A stretch of DNA of 46,703 bases, filler included, from Streblomastix strix (taxonomy: Eukaryota), in the NCBI GenBank assembly GCA_008636045.1. It is 2 parts of 2 records of this genome, joined end to end, with 100 filler letters (N's around TTAATTAATTAA, not from the genome) between each part and the next. Parts side by side here need not be neighbours in the genome. Positions count along the whole stretch, not along the records: positions 23,417 to 46,703 come from SNRW01000292.1; 1 more part is not named here. The stretch is one strand, 5' to 3'. Each line of letters opens with the position of its first letter. The stretch's first letter is position 1. The position numbers and the translations under genes were made by a program. The notes beneath the pieces were generated by a model. That model made no database searches. It was not told the DNA's origin and saw only the letters and a list, made by a program, of their open reading frames with translations. Below are positions 23,775 through 37,705 of this stretch, piece after piece.

Positions 23775-25720
23775 ATGGAAGAAATAATAAAAAGAATTGT
23801 TTCTCTAGAAAATCCAGAAGATCTTTTTTAAATTTAGGAGTAGATTGGAACTGGGTTTATTGTTTATTTGATTAATATTCCTAATACATATTTCCCCCCC
23901 TATTTAAATTATTTTCAGATAAAACTATCATGTTTACTAAGCTATATATAAATAAACAGGAAAAATTTGCTTTCTATGAAAATAAAAGTACAGTAATAAT
24001 TATGAATTTGAAAATTATTTGTAATAGTTCAATGATTTGGATGAGGTAACTCTTCCACATTTCATACAGCGCATAGGCATTTGGAGGCATTCATATAAGG
24101 AAATTTGGGAATGATATAATTGAAAAAATGAATTTAATATTTTTTATTATATACAATTAATTTTAATTTTTTCGTTCAGATTGCATCATAATTGTGTGAA
24201 TATGGATCTGTGCGAAAAATATTAGATATTGTTAAGCATGGTCTAAGCGAACCTCAATTATCACTCATATTACGCAATGTTTTAGAAGTTAAAGATTTTA
24301 TTGTTATTTACTCATTCATTTAAAATATTATTTTATTAATATTCAGTGTCTAGTAGAATTACATTTAGCAATATTAGTATGTAGCGCTATAAGATCAAGC
24401 TAATTTCTTATCAACAGGTTTATATCTGTTTTTATTTTATTTTAATATTTATTTCTTGAATTATTAGCAAGTGTGATATCTATGTTAGTGATGTAAGCAT
24501 CACTCCTTTTGCATAAGATTATAATAGCAAAGATGACGATTATTTAAATGAAGTATATTGGAGTGTGCATTTACAAACTCATATAACAATACCTATATGT
24601 TTTATTGATATAATTAGATTAATTATTCTTTAATTTATACAAATGATGATTAATTTATCTTTATATGATAATATACTACAAGTGGCTCCGAAGATAATAG
24701 AAGATGATAATTCTACTCTAAATTTCAAAATTGACATTTGGGCCTTGGGTATAAATATATAAAAATAATTTATTTATTATTATATAAATAATATATGGAA
24801 ATTTTCTTCATATTCATATTTATCACGAATCAGGAATAACTTCAATTGAAATGATTGATACAAAAACTCCATTATCAAATATTGATCCAAATAAGTATGT
24901 TCAATATTATATTTAAAATTATTTATTTATTTATTATCAATTCATTCATTTTTATTTCGAATCTAAAGAGTTGCGAATCTTTTTCTTGATAATCCTCCTC
25001 CACTACCAGTAAACCCTGAATAATGTAGTGATGAATTACTAGATTTCATTTTTAAATGTCTCGTTAAAGATCCATCAGTATTTAAATATATAAATGCATT
25101 CATTTACTCAAAATAATTGAATTATTTATCTTGCTAATTACTAATATTATATTATTAATATTATTATTATAGAAACGTGCTTCTGCGATGGATTTACTTG
25201 ATCATCCATTCATCAAGAAATATGAGTAAGTATAAACAAATATACTTCAACCTCTGATTCTGGAATATCAGAGAATAATTTCAGAGAAAAAGAAACAGAA
25301 AAAGAAAATGAAAAATAAAGATTGGGATGTTGATGAAGAAATGATTCAATTGTTGGAAATGTTTGAATAAGAAAAAGAAGATTTAAAAGAGAAGAAGAAA
25401 TAATAAGAAAATGACCAAGAAAAAGAAAAGTAGAAAATTAAAGAGTAATTAACACATTAAAAATCCACTGATAGAATAAAAGTTGTTTCTAAACCATAAG
25501 TAAAAATCAAAATAAAAACTGTAGGAAAAGTCGAATAGAAACTTCCAGTTGATTTGGGAAAGGAAGAAAAAATACATTCAAAAGAAAATATAAAACCTCC
25601 AATTACTCATCCAAAATCAGAAGTGCACATTCCATTGAAAGACAATCCAAAAGTTGAATAGTAAATTCCAATTAAATCCAAATCAAAGGTAAACTTGAAA
25701 GCAAAAATCGTATAATAACC
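23775..25720 (+). pseudogene. Intron-rich STE20-like (pseudo)kinase with a charged C-terminal tail cut by a DIRS element
   Basis: GT-AG-bounded exons: ENPEDLFQIQEQIGTG, LCEYGSV, KIDIWALG, ITSIEM, DFIFKCLVKDPS, KRASAMDLLDHPFI. In-frame TGA at 23977. Confidence 0.8.
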
Positions 25721-26860
25721 TTTGATGATGTGTCTGATACCATTACTGCCTCTGGAATTCTCACATCTAAATTCATCTCTTAATTCTTCGCAATCACTCC
25801 CTGCCACCAATAAAGCTCATGAAGGATTTACTTAGTTCGAATCATATTCTCTTTCCATTATTTATTCTTCAATACTCTTGTTTTTGCTGAGTCCATTAGC
25901 TTTAAGTAGAGAGAAGCTTCTCTTACTTGGACTCTTAAAAAATTCAGTTTGCCTATTATTGATGCTAGATACTTGATCTTAATTGGAACTTGTCTTTCTG
26001 TCAAGCTAATGAATCTCCTTAATTAATAACGGAGTTCCTGTTTCTTTAGGTCTGTCATCTTTATATACATCTTTTCCAAGTCGTTAGTCCATCATAGGAA
26101 GTTAATCTGTTGTTTTGGTTCTGCATCGCATTTCTTTTAGGCTATAGTCAACCTGTATGCTTCAAAAATTCTCATTATTATCAAGGTTTATTTTCGCAAT
26201 CTTTCTTTGTTCTAATGTAGGAAGAGCAGATCGTCTACGTAATTTAATATTCTTATGTCTGACTCTCTCCGTATCTTCGTTAAAACCATTGCTAGTGCTT
26301 GTGCGAAGAAGATTGGGGAGTGCTGTGATCAAACGGCATTGCTCTATATTAATAAATTTTCCACATTGCTTCGAATGCTAGGTACTGTCTGTGCGGTGGA
26401 TATTCTATTAGGAGGTGAAAAGCCAATTTTAGATCTAAATTTGTTGCCCTGTCTCCTTTCCTTATCAAATCTCTCACTTGATCTGATCCATTCATCTTTA
26501 AATGAATCGTTTATATCTCTTTATTCTATGAACTCACATCCGGAATTTCCCTCCTTTTCCTATTAAGATTCGGAATTATAAATGTTGGAATAAACCGTTG
26601 AGCCTGCTCTGGATGTATCTCTTCTTTTATGTTTTCTCTTGTTTCTTCCTCCATTTTCTCTGTATATTTTATTTTTTCTTCGCTTGAGTCAGAAAACGGA
26701 CAAATTCCCAGTCTCTCATACAATCTCTCTTCGCAATCTTCGTTTTTGAATAATAGGAAAAACCCTTTTTATATGAATTCTACATCTTTTACTAGTTTCT
26801 ACCTCTCGAGACAACGAATTTTTCCCCATTTCCGTGTTTTGAAGTTGTAATGTTTTCTCC
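25720..26860 (-). pseudogene. DIRS reverse transcriptase
   Basis: WKLVKGVEFIQKGF...IHFKMNG...LDLKLAFH...RILNYVDDLL, frameshifted. Confidence 0.85.
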
Positions 26861-28409
26861 ATTAGAGTCATAGGAAAGATTTCCAGAGTATGAATATCCT
26901 CCTTTGTTCTATTCTGAATTCCCATATGTTGAAACTGTATGGGGCTTGAACCTGGCTATCGGCGCTGCATGTCTTCACTCTTGTTCTAGTTTGCAACGAT
27001 AGAAGCATTTGTGCTTGTGCCTTTAATTCTCAAACATGTTTTTCCTCCTTTCTTCTCAACTTTTGGTTCACAAATAGGATTTCCCTAGAGTTATTTAGAA
27101 GGTGTTGTCTAACTATCTATCAAATTGGTTCCAGCAACCTCTGCTTAGCCTGAAACTATGCTGTATGTAGAAGATGCTACTTTTCTTACATTTCCATTTG
27201 TTGGAAAGGTTTCTTTGGGTGCATGATGAACCTATACTGCTTTTTCTGAATGATATTGGTGTTACATTCCTTTCTAAACTGAGAATGGATTTGTATTCAT
27301 CCCCATAAGATCAACATTCAAAATTGAGCTTTAATTCTAGTTCGGGTAGTGTGTAGTCTAACTTTATGGATTAATTTATGTAAGATGAGCTATCGTTTGC
27401 TCTCAACAGGTGAGGTATCTTGATCTCAGTTTCATGAAGGACTAGTCTGATGCCCCCCTGGCGGTCTCGGTTAGTTCATCTAACTAAACAATGGTCCAAT
27501 TTAATTGTCAAACACCTAATTATTGATGTAGAATTGTATTTATGCTTAGTTGTTTCTTTGCTTTCTCTAACTCTTCTAAAGTTTTCTATGATTGTGTTTC
27601 TTATTGATTTTGCTCAATAGTCTAATTTCTAAATATTGAGTTTTGTCCACGAAGTCTTCCTGAAATTCATCTTATTGTTCTCCTGTTTTAATTGTCAAAA
27701 TCCCATCCGGTTTCAATATGAATTGCGTTACTATTCTATTCGGCTATCTTCCTTTATATTTGCGATTCATAGAAGGATGTTAGTCTCAATTAAGTTCCAA
27801 AACATCATTTTACTCTTTATTATTCTTCGAATGAAAATCTATTTAGAATATCAGTATGCAATCTATTTGCTTCATCCATGTAGGAATTATTTTAGAGTAT
27901 ATTCATCAATTTTCTCCCATATTTTCGAATTGATCATTTTGTTCCAATACGTTGATATATTGGACTTGTCCTTTTTTAAGTATAATAATTTTCATTTGCT
28001 TTTTTCGATCAACTGTGAGTAATGACAGACGATTAACAGCATGATTAATTGGGAAATAATTGGATAATTATTCACCTTTAATGAATTAATGGATTGAATC
28101 TGTAACGAATAAGAAATATTTCTAGTTGGATTACAAAATTTGTTTGAAATATATCAAGGATGATGATGACGGCTACAATTATATGGGTAGCTATTGAAAT
28201 TATTAATTGAGAGAACAGGTCTCAGATAGAGAAGCCTGGTGAATTTGATTATACAAAGCTAGGAAAATTTATATTGGTTAAAATGGATTTTATTCTGCTA
28301 TATTACTCAAGTTACCATTCTATTCTGTTTATTGATGTTAAAAGTTATAAGATTCTTCTGTTAAGGTGTATAGATCGCATCTGTTTGGGTAGGCTATTCA
28401 GCTTCATTA

Positions 28410-28615
28410 CAGTAGATAACGGTTAATTCGTAGTTGTTCCTTCATCGATTTTCGACATACAAATTACAGTTAATTCGTATATTCCAATAAAATTTTCAGA
28501 AAAATTTAAAAATTTTTAAAAAATATTTAAATTTTTACCTCAATTTTATTAAAAAATCATACGAATTATCCATATTTACGAATTAACCGTAGTACGAATT
28601 AACCGTTATCTACTG
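28410..28615. mobile_element. 206-bp Tc1/mariner-type MITE inserted in DIRS-A
   Basis: Perfect TIR CAGTAGATAACGGTTAATTCGTA / TACGAATTAACCGTTATCTACTG with TA flanks. Confidence 0.9.
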
Positions 28616-31549
28616 TATTTATATTATAATGTTAATTCCTTAGAACGTTCTTTATTTTCTGTTAGATATTTTATTTTGGATTAACTACTATTTATTATAT
28701 TTGCTCATTCAGTTATATGTCACTTATAATAATATCTTACAATTAGGATTGAATTTCTCTACTATTTTAATGAAGTTAGTTAATCTATTGTTAGATTTAT
28801 ATATTTACTTGACAGTTTAATTAATCATAATTCTCCTATTATACGAGTAATTGTTGGGATGTTCGGAAGTTCGCGGTTAGTGTATTTCTCTCCTGATTAA
28901 TTGATTCTGGACTTATCCAAGAAACGCTGCTCTTTTCATCAAGGTTGGAAGAAATGTTGTTTGCCGTGCGAAAGGCGTCTTCTTAAGCTGTTCGTAGACT
29001 TAACATATAAACTGGCGCTCCTGTAACTGTTTAAATTAGAAGTAAGTCCTGTTCTCTTTTATTGCGAAAAGCCCTAAATTATCTTAATTGTTGTCTCTCA
29101 ACTTCGCAATGTAGACTATAAGCCGAATCCTCATTGTTCTGTTCATATCCTGAATCTTAACTTGAAATCACTCTTCTTCTTTTCCTACCTCTTCCTAAAT
29201 CTAATTAATCGTTCGTGTCGTTTCGTTCTTTGTCATGTCTGCGGTTATGGTCGTGATCATGGTCGTGATCATTGTCATGGAGGTGGTTATCATCTTCATC
29301 TAAATCCATTCGTACCGAATCTAGATATAGATCTGTATCTACCTCTCTCCAAAAGGCTTTCCAATCACTAATTGTTAGATGCTCATGTCTAGCATGTCTC
29401 TAACTGAATATTCTGACATTTAGGAGGTCTTCTCCAAATCCTTTATGATGTTCTCCATTAGCCTTTAAGCCTATATATCTTAACGTATAACTCATTTATG
29501 CCTAGAAGTCTCTGTGAGCGTTAAACTATTGTTAATTCATGTTTATTGTTAGTTCTGGCGGATTTACTGGAGTGAAAAGGCTCTGATCTGTTCTTTGTGA
29601 GATTTCCTTATTCCATAATGGTTGTTAATCTTATGCAATCCTTCTTGTTAAGGCCGTTCTTGGAGAGTCTATAATCGCCCATTTGCATATTTTAGTTCTT
29701 ATGCTTGGTTTTATTGTTGTTGTACTAATGTGTGTAGCCAGATTGTTGATAGCTGGTTGTATTATTAACTTAATTATTCAGAGCTCTAACATTAAAAGCT
29801 AGATTGAATGGCTTGATGACCCTAAGCGCTTAGTGCTGGAGGAGTTAATAAATTTGATTTTTAAGCTTGTTGAATTTCCATCATTGGAAGATTCTACATA
29901 AACTGAGGTTGGCCTTCATTGACTCTCTATTGTCGATAAAGTTGTATACTATATATTGAAGAAGGTTGGACCTGATAAAAAAGGCCAAGTTACAGAAAAC
30001 CTTTAAATAGTTGAATTCCTTGATGCATGCCAAAACTTTAGAAAGATTATTATATTTATTATCTAAATTTCAGTTTTCTCGAGTAAAATTGTTATATAAT
30101 CTATGATAGTGTAAATGTCACCAGCTGCGAAATTTGTTATCCTGGTCCAATCTCAGAAGCTAAGTATTGGATTACTTGCAGGTTTATTAAATCCTAACTT
30201 TCTTGTCCCTGTTTCAGTCTCAACGCAGACAATGGCTGAATTGCATGTTACATGACTTCGTTGTAGCCCGGATCAAATTATTGGGCCCCCATAAGCGCCT
30301 TCTTTCATCTGTATCTGGATATGAGTTGACCTTTCTGTGAAGTATAGTAGTGCAGCACACATGCCTACTAGGTCAATCAATGTCTTTTTCGTATTCTCTT
30401 CCAACACATGTTAAATCGAAAGTATTGCTATCATATTCAACAGCAGGATTTGAAGTCATGAATTTTGAAAATATATGTTCACTCGGCTTTTCATCATATT
30501 GTTCAAGATTTTGTGTGAATGTAATTCTTCACGTCAGGTTATCTCTGTTGCATGCAATATTCGTTCATTGAAGTCCTGCATTTGCGCATGAGCAATCTTA
30601 TACACCAAAAAATCTATTGCGAGAGCGTTCCGCCCTGTCAGATATTTAAATAACTTCATGATAAAGTGTTGTATCTCCAGTTTCGTCGGCTTCCTCAGAG
30701 CAGGTCCAGCGTCAGCATCTGTCACTGAAATGTTCTTTTCACTCGCAAAATTTGATAAAATAGTTCCTATATGCGTTCCATTCGTCAGCCAGAGGTTAAT
30801 TCGGTGTCGTATTGAGATCAGCTCCATCGCGAAGGTGCGAGCGCAATACCTGCGCATTTTAACCACATGCTTACGTCATGGATCGCTTTCTTATTTTTCA
30901 AATTGCCGACCAATAGGAGTGGTCAGTTCAACGAAGCACCCAGTCTTAACAGCACGTTTCGCAATCTCAAAATTAAGGTGTGGAGCAAGAGTCTCCAAAG
31001 GAGATGTACTATACAAATCTCGTTTAGGATATTATTGTATATGTTTTAAATTATAAATCTAATATATTTTAATTATAAAATTTAATTTCATTAATAATAA
31101 TTTAAATTCAATGGATTTATCAAATTATAAATAATTTTATTTTTGTCGGTTTTCATGATTTCTATATTAGAAATACATAAAAATTCATGACCTGCCATCA
31201 AAAATCTTGCCTCGATTTTGTTATTGGCCTAATTTTGTTAAAAATCGAATATACTTCTAGCTTAAAATTTAAGTTTAATAGTAAACTAGAAGGACAAGTT
31301 TTTTATTAAAGAGAAACCTAACAAAATGTTGTATAATAATGAAATAATATGGCTAGTACAATATTAAATCTTGACTAATTACCGGATTTTTGAATAAAGA
31401 CGTTATCTCTAATAAAAATAAAATAAGGATTACTGCCCCCAATTCTTACCCTTTCCCGAAGATAGATGAGTAAAATAATTGATTACCACGATCTCTTCTT
31501 ATCTCACCTCATTATTGAGATACCATTGTGGCTCCGATATGATCGGTGC

Positions 31550-34500
31550 ATGAGTAGGAATTCGATCTATAGGTCGACCATTTTCAAGAAATGTCAAAAT
31601 GTTCATTAAAACTGGAACAATCATAGTCAGGATTATTTGTGTACTTTAACATATCAAAGATCACCACAAGGACACCCTTCACGACCATTAGCGATCAACC
31701 AGAGCTGGGAGACGAAATTGAGAAGTTTCTTCAGTTAGAACAGCAGTCGACGCTACAGGACATTTAACATTGACTTACACCAATGGTGGCTGCCAGTAAG
31801 AGGATGCAAGCGCTTATGGCAAAGTTCCTGGAACCGATGACTGGCTTGCTGGCCAACGAGATAGATTTATGAGCTACGAACATTTTGTATGAACAAAACG
31901 GAGAGACCTCCTGACGAGAAATCTAGTGTCCTTCACTACTACCCATCACTTGGGTACCTGCAGCAGACGAAATACTAGCCTCAGAACGTTGCCAAATCGA
32001 CAAAATATTGCACAGCGAACAAATACTGGCTTTAAGCTATTTCAGAATAGCTGAAGTAATACTTGCACATTTGTAAAAACAACATCAAGAACAATTGGCA
32101 ATCGATATACTTAGTTAGATGATCTACAACCTAAGATATGCCGAGAGAACGTATTTTGCAAGAATGTAAACAAAAATAAAATAGAATCAAACTATTTTAA
32201 TTTAATTGCGAATACGATCAACTCACATTTGAATAGTCAAATTAGAACACACAACTTGGAGCCCAGTTAATTGCAAAGAGTGACATAGCGAAGAAATACG
32301 CGATAGGAATTACGAATTTGCTGTTCGGAATCCAGTAGTTGGGAAAAACAAGAGTCAAGACTAAAAGATTTCGCCAGTTGACACCATCAGCAATCTAGAA
32401 GTAAATAATGAGATCAATGTTAAACTAGAACGAGAACCAGGCCCTTGAACAAAATTAGGAAATTTTGATTAGGGGAACACACAATGACATACCATCTTAA
32501 AACTCAGGACAGCGAGGACAACCTCCATCAGGACAGGGACTATACGCACAAAGAAACGCAGCTATATCATAATCAACAATTTTCCTGCCTGCATTGAACG
32601 CAGAACAAGAAATCTCAGGAATTTCAAATGTATTGACAAAAGAAACCATTAAAGACCACATACGTAGATGGATGCTTAAAGGAATCAATCTAATTCCAGT
32701 AGACAAGGATGATGAAGGATAATATTGGCCGGGATTTGGTCCAGGAATATCACACGCGACAAACTGGATAAAGTCAAAACAATATGGGTTACCACCCTCA
32801 TAGGAAGAAGTGAAATCGTTCTAGAGAGAATACAATTTTGAATTTAGAGTAGCATGTGTGAAGAAAGAGTATGACTCGGAAGATGTCTCAGAGACAATAC
32901 AACCAGCTAAATCAACAAGACAAGAATTTAGAAATAGATTCGGAAAATATAGAAATAGATCCTTATCACCATATAGTATGAGAGCAAGATATGACTCACC
33001 TGAAAGAAGAAGTGAATCAACATAACGATCAAGATTAAGAGATTATTCGAGATCAAGAGACTATTAAGGTAAAATAGAAACTAGAATGAACTTCGATAGA
33101 AATTAAAATTGATATGAAACCAGAGGCGAACCTAGAGGCAGAGGACGGAGTACTTTTAGATGGAGAGATTAGAATTGTTTAGGAAGATGTTGGAGCTACT
33201 AAGATAGAGATCAGCCATAGTAAGAAAGATATAGAGTGGTGCAAAAGTATAACCCATTTACAAAGTATAATTTTAGTAAACAAAAAATCCACAAAATTGG
33301 AAGAGGATACATAAAAATGAAAATAGAAATAAGGATGAAGACATAGGATACGATGCGAACGATGAATGGGCAAAACACACACAATTGGAGAAAGATCCAT
33401 CTGAAAACCATAGTGATAAAGACTCAATCTGGATGGAAGACGAGGCCTTTTAGAACTAAATAATAATGTCATAACCAAAATAGCTTGTCAAATATACATA
33501 ACGAATATAAAAGGTACAAATACAACCAAAACAGAAAGTCCCAGTGTAAATTCCAAGTTAAAATGGTAGAAAAGATGCAGCATCAAACTATGACTGTCTC
33601 GATGATCAAGAAATATTACTTGAAAAGTTAGCAGCATTGTAGATAAAGAAAGAATAATATGTTATATCTGATTCAGAGAAAGATTGGTATCAAGTTATTG
33701 GATAAATAGACAATATTATTTCTCAAACATCCAAATAAGCTACATAATAATAATAACAATTAAAGAACTGATATTCAGATTTAGCTAAACAGCAAAATAA
33801 TTTATACAATAATAAGCAACTAGCACTAAAGCTTAATAAAAGATAGCATCACCAGTGCAAAGGATAATTAGTACAGGAATGAATAAGGATAAACCAGCTA
33901 TCTAATCATAACTGTCAGTTACACCAACATAGAAAACCATTCATAGAGGAGGAGTTAGATAAAGATAAAAAATAATTGAGCTAAAATTGAAAAAACTGTG
34001 AACAGGCCAATAACTTGAACAATAAGAGAATAGTGATCTTAACAACATAGATGTTGGTACACTTGTTATTCAGGGAAATGTTGGACAGCAAACTGGTTTG
34101 TAGTCGAGTTCTAGTACCAAGAGCCTAAGCTTAAATGCTGAGCTGAGATTAAAAGAAACTGGATCAATTTCAGCCAGGAATACGAAAACAGTAAATACAT
34201 AAATAAATATAGGCCAAGAAGATAATGCTGAAGAGGATGAAGTTGAATAGACCAATGAAGCAGCACTTATCCGAAACAAAGACTAAAGAAGTAATGTAAT
34301 CTCCTAGCTCCTAGTTTATGAGAATCTGGGTACATAACCATAAAATGATTAGGGCTTGAATGCCTTGAAATAAATGAAAAAATATGACACAGGCCCTGCT
34401 CCAGTTGAAATAAAGGAGAAACCCAAGAAAGGAAGAGGAAGCAAAAAAGCAAAAGTAGGAGACTTGAATGCCCCTGTTGAATAAAACCAGGGCATTAGTG

Positions 34501-34637
34501 CCCAAGATCAAACAAACACAGCTTCCAAAACTCCTAAACCCAAAGCTGCACCCAAAAGAGGTAAGAAAGCAGCTGAAGAGGTAAAACTCGAACCAAAAAA
34601 CGCTAAAGAAGATGGTGAAGGGGAGTAGGATCCCTGA
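31550..34637 (+). pseudogene. DIRS-B ORF1/gag-like region
   Basis: Long Gln/Arg/Lys-rich frames with stops and frameshifts upstream of RT. Confidence 0.6.
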
Positions 34638-34779
34638 TCGGGCAGGGACACTCCAACCAAGGGAGATCAGCGTTGGGATCTCCCTCTGGAATAGAGGTGA
34701 GGAGCGCGCTGATGATAACAGCTCCTCAGTAGATAGAGGAAAGGATTGGAGAATTGATATATAAAGAAAAAAGCGATGG

Positions 34780-36667
34780 AATGGGGGGGAAGAACTAAAA
34801 GATTCATATAAACATGGAAATAAATAGGAAAAGAAGAATTTATAAATACCGGATTCTATCTGAGATTCAAAGATTAGAATAGTTAATAAAGTCTAGAAGA
34901 GAATATAATTATGAAACCATTTAGATGGATAAAAGAAGAGAAAGAAGCTTACCAAGTGATGTTGAAAGAAGAATTGGAGGAAGGAATAGTAATACCAATT
35001 TAACAAGACCAAGTGAAATGGTGGAACAATACATTCCTGATAAAGAAACCCAACGGAACATGCAGAAAGATTCTGGATGCTAGTAAGTTTAATAAGGAAA
35101 TAGAGAAATTACACTTTAAAATGCAAGGACTAGAGGAAGTACAATAATTAGCAAATTAAATGGATTTTACAACATCTCTCGACCTCAAATCAGCATTTCA
35201 TCATATCTCAGTATCTCCAAACTCAATACTATACCTAGCATTGTATATTAATAATAATTATGTATATATTGCAATGCCTTTTTGGAATAAACATAGCCAA
35301 ATCTTCTTTGCAGTAGTAATAGAATCAATTCTCTAACAAAAATGAAAATACTCGCAAGTAAAATACTTATCTACTTTAACGACAAATTTCTAATCAATTA
35401 AGACAAATAAATACTCAAAACATAAACAAAAGAAATAATGAATATGTTGGAACAATTTGGATGGACAATATCAATAGAGAAATGCAAAACAATATAGAAA
35501 TAAATAATAACATTCTTAGGATGGGTATGGAACCTGAAAGAAATGAACACAAGAATATCAAGAGAGAGAAAACTGAAAATGATTTAGTCATTGGGGGACT
35601 AGCGCAACTCGATCTATAAGAATGAAAATGTAAAAATAAGATTACTATCTGCACTAATATGCTATTTAAAATTCATTAGACCTAAGATAATAGAAACGTC
35701 TCTATATCATGTAGATCTGGATAATTTTAAGTTGCAAGCACTAAAAACGATATAATGGGATGAAAAAATGATAATTGACAAGGTAATGACACGAGAAATG
35801 AAATGGTGAATATGGAAAATGTGGTATAATCAGATTGAATAATTAATCTCCAAAACAGTAACAAGCGTGTTTATAACTAATGCATCGCCATTGGGCTGAG
35901 GAGCAATATTGATATAATTGATTCAAATAGAATTAAAATAATTAGATTGTTGAAACGAGACTGAAGCAGAAATGACACATAACGCCAAAGAAATCATAGC
36001 TATCTATTACGGGCTACTCCGTATCTAGCAAGTCTTCAAGAAGTTGCAAGATCAGACAAAATTGCCATGTAAATGATAACTTGACAGCAGTATGCGATAT
36101 TTGGAAATTGAAAGCGAAAAAATCCTTGATAGGAAGAATTAATTAAGCATTTTACATATTGAGAATACTTCAATTATAAATTAAGACAATCAATATCCTA
36201 GAAAAACTAATATCAACTACAAACTCGCTCTCGAGACTAAGCAGATCAGGAGACTATACAAAAAAAGATGGAATAATTCAAATGATTTTTAAGATATGGA
36301 ATTACATGCAACAGATAGACACATTCGCGACACAATATAATAAATTAATTATCAATTATATAACGTGGATCTAAACGAACTGGGGACACATTTCTATAAC
36401 GCGTTCAATTGCAAATTGAACAAAGTTAGACTATATGTTCATCCACCACAACCAACATTATTCAGAGTTTTACAGAAGTTGAAGTAAGACAAAGCTCAGG
36501 GAATTGTAATAGCATCGATTTGGCAGGGACAATCGTGGTATACCTAACTAAACAATTTATCCATTAAAATTCTTTTCCATAAATCAACAGAGATGATATT
36601 GGAGATGGGACCGAAATTAAAAGACATGGAAAAAAATTTTTCACCAGTCAATGTGAGCGCCATCCTT
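34780..36667 (+). pseudogene. DIRS-B RT-RNase H-adenine methyltransferase-like ORF
   Basis: GGRTKRF, LHFKMQG, LDLKSAFHH, AMPF, degenerate YFND. RNase H TNASPLG*GA and NSLSR. MT-like IDTFAT, YVHPP, IWQGQSWY. Confidence 0.88.
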
Positions 36668-37705
36668 CATGAACTGTCGCAGACGTAGGAAGAGACTTAC
36701 TAATGAGATGCATGAAAATGAGAAGATTTTCCGAAGATGGAGTCAATTTATTATTCAAAGGATAAAGATTTAATACAGTTAAAAGAGATTTTTACTCCCT
36801 AGCATTATTACAGGATTGGTTGGACATAGAAAGAATAACAATTGAAGAAATGATGAAGAAAGATGCAGAAGTAATATTAACAGAAGTAACTGCTTTCCAT
36901 GCAAGATAAAACAGTTCAGTCGCATCAACTAAATCACATAAAGCTTGTCTAACTACAATGTTATCTCTCATATATAAAGAGAATTTAGAATCTTCAACAA
37001 CCTCAAAGCTAATTAACAAGGCATTAGCAAACGCAACAATATCACATAGAAGATATCAAAACATTTCGAATATTCAAATACTATTCAACCACTGAAGATA
37101 ATCAAAACAAAATAAATACTTAAACAACTATGACTTACAAGTTAAAATTGCTTCCTTACTGAATACAATATATATCTTCGGACCAAATAATATTGCAGAA
37201 GCAAGACTGAAATATCTGAATGTTAATAAAACTTAAAATCAAGCTTCACTAAGATTGACACTAAAATATGTGAATGCAATTGAAATATATGAAGTATATT
37301 AAACAGAAAATGGAAAATTATATCCAAAACCGGCTATTTTTGAATGAATTGATAGGCTACAGAAACAATTTTCGAAATGTACAGATTTTTTATTGTAGCA
37401 TAAAGATTTAAATAAACCAACAGCTACAAAATAACATCAGTCTACAACTTACAAAGCTATTAAGAGAACTGAAGATAATAGGAGCATCTGCATATTCAAT
37501 ACGACACTCAGCAACAACAGAACTTGCAAAGCTAGGTATCACTAAAAGAGATCTCGCTACCTTTACACATCACTCCTAAAACTCACGTACTGTTAAACAA
37601 TACTATATCTTCGCATCCTTAACAAGAGCTAATGATACAACTATGTAATTTGAAAGTAATCTTGCCTAAGAAAATGAAACGTTAAATTATGTATCTCAAT
37701 AATGA
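36650..37705 (+). pseudogene. DIRS-B tyrosine recombinase
   Basis: KIASLL...; AYSIRHSATTELAKLG...FTHHSQNSRTVKQYY. Internal TGAs and a frameshift. Confidence 0.88.

Larger units (their letters stand above)
25720..31020 (-). mobile_element. DIRS-like retrotransposon A, decayed, lacking the 3' part (no MT/YR seen)
   Basis: RT motifs HFKM, LDLKLAFH, YRAMPF and YVDD (26230-26241), preceded by long Gln/Arg-rich gag-like frames. Confidence 0.85.

Noticed and set aside
35800..37350. TGA at Trp positions as evidence for TGA=Trp recoding
   Set aside because: The same ORFs have frameshifts and broken catalytic motifs, TGG is used normally, and intact genes end in TGA. Decay explains it
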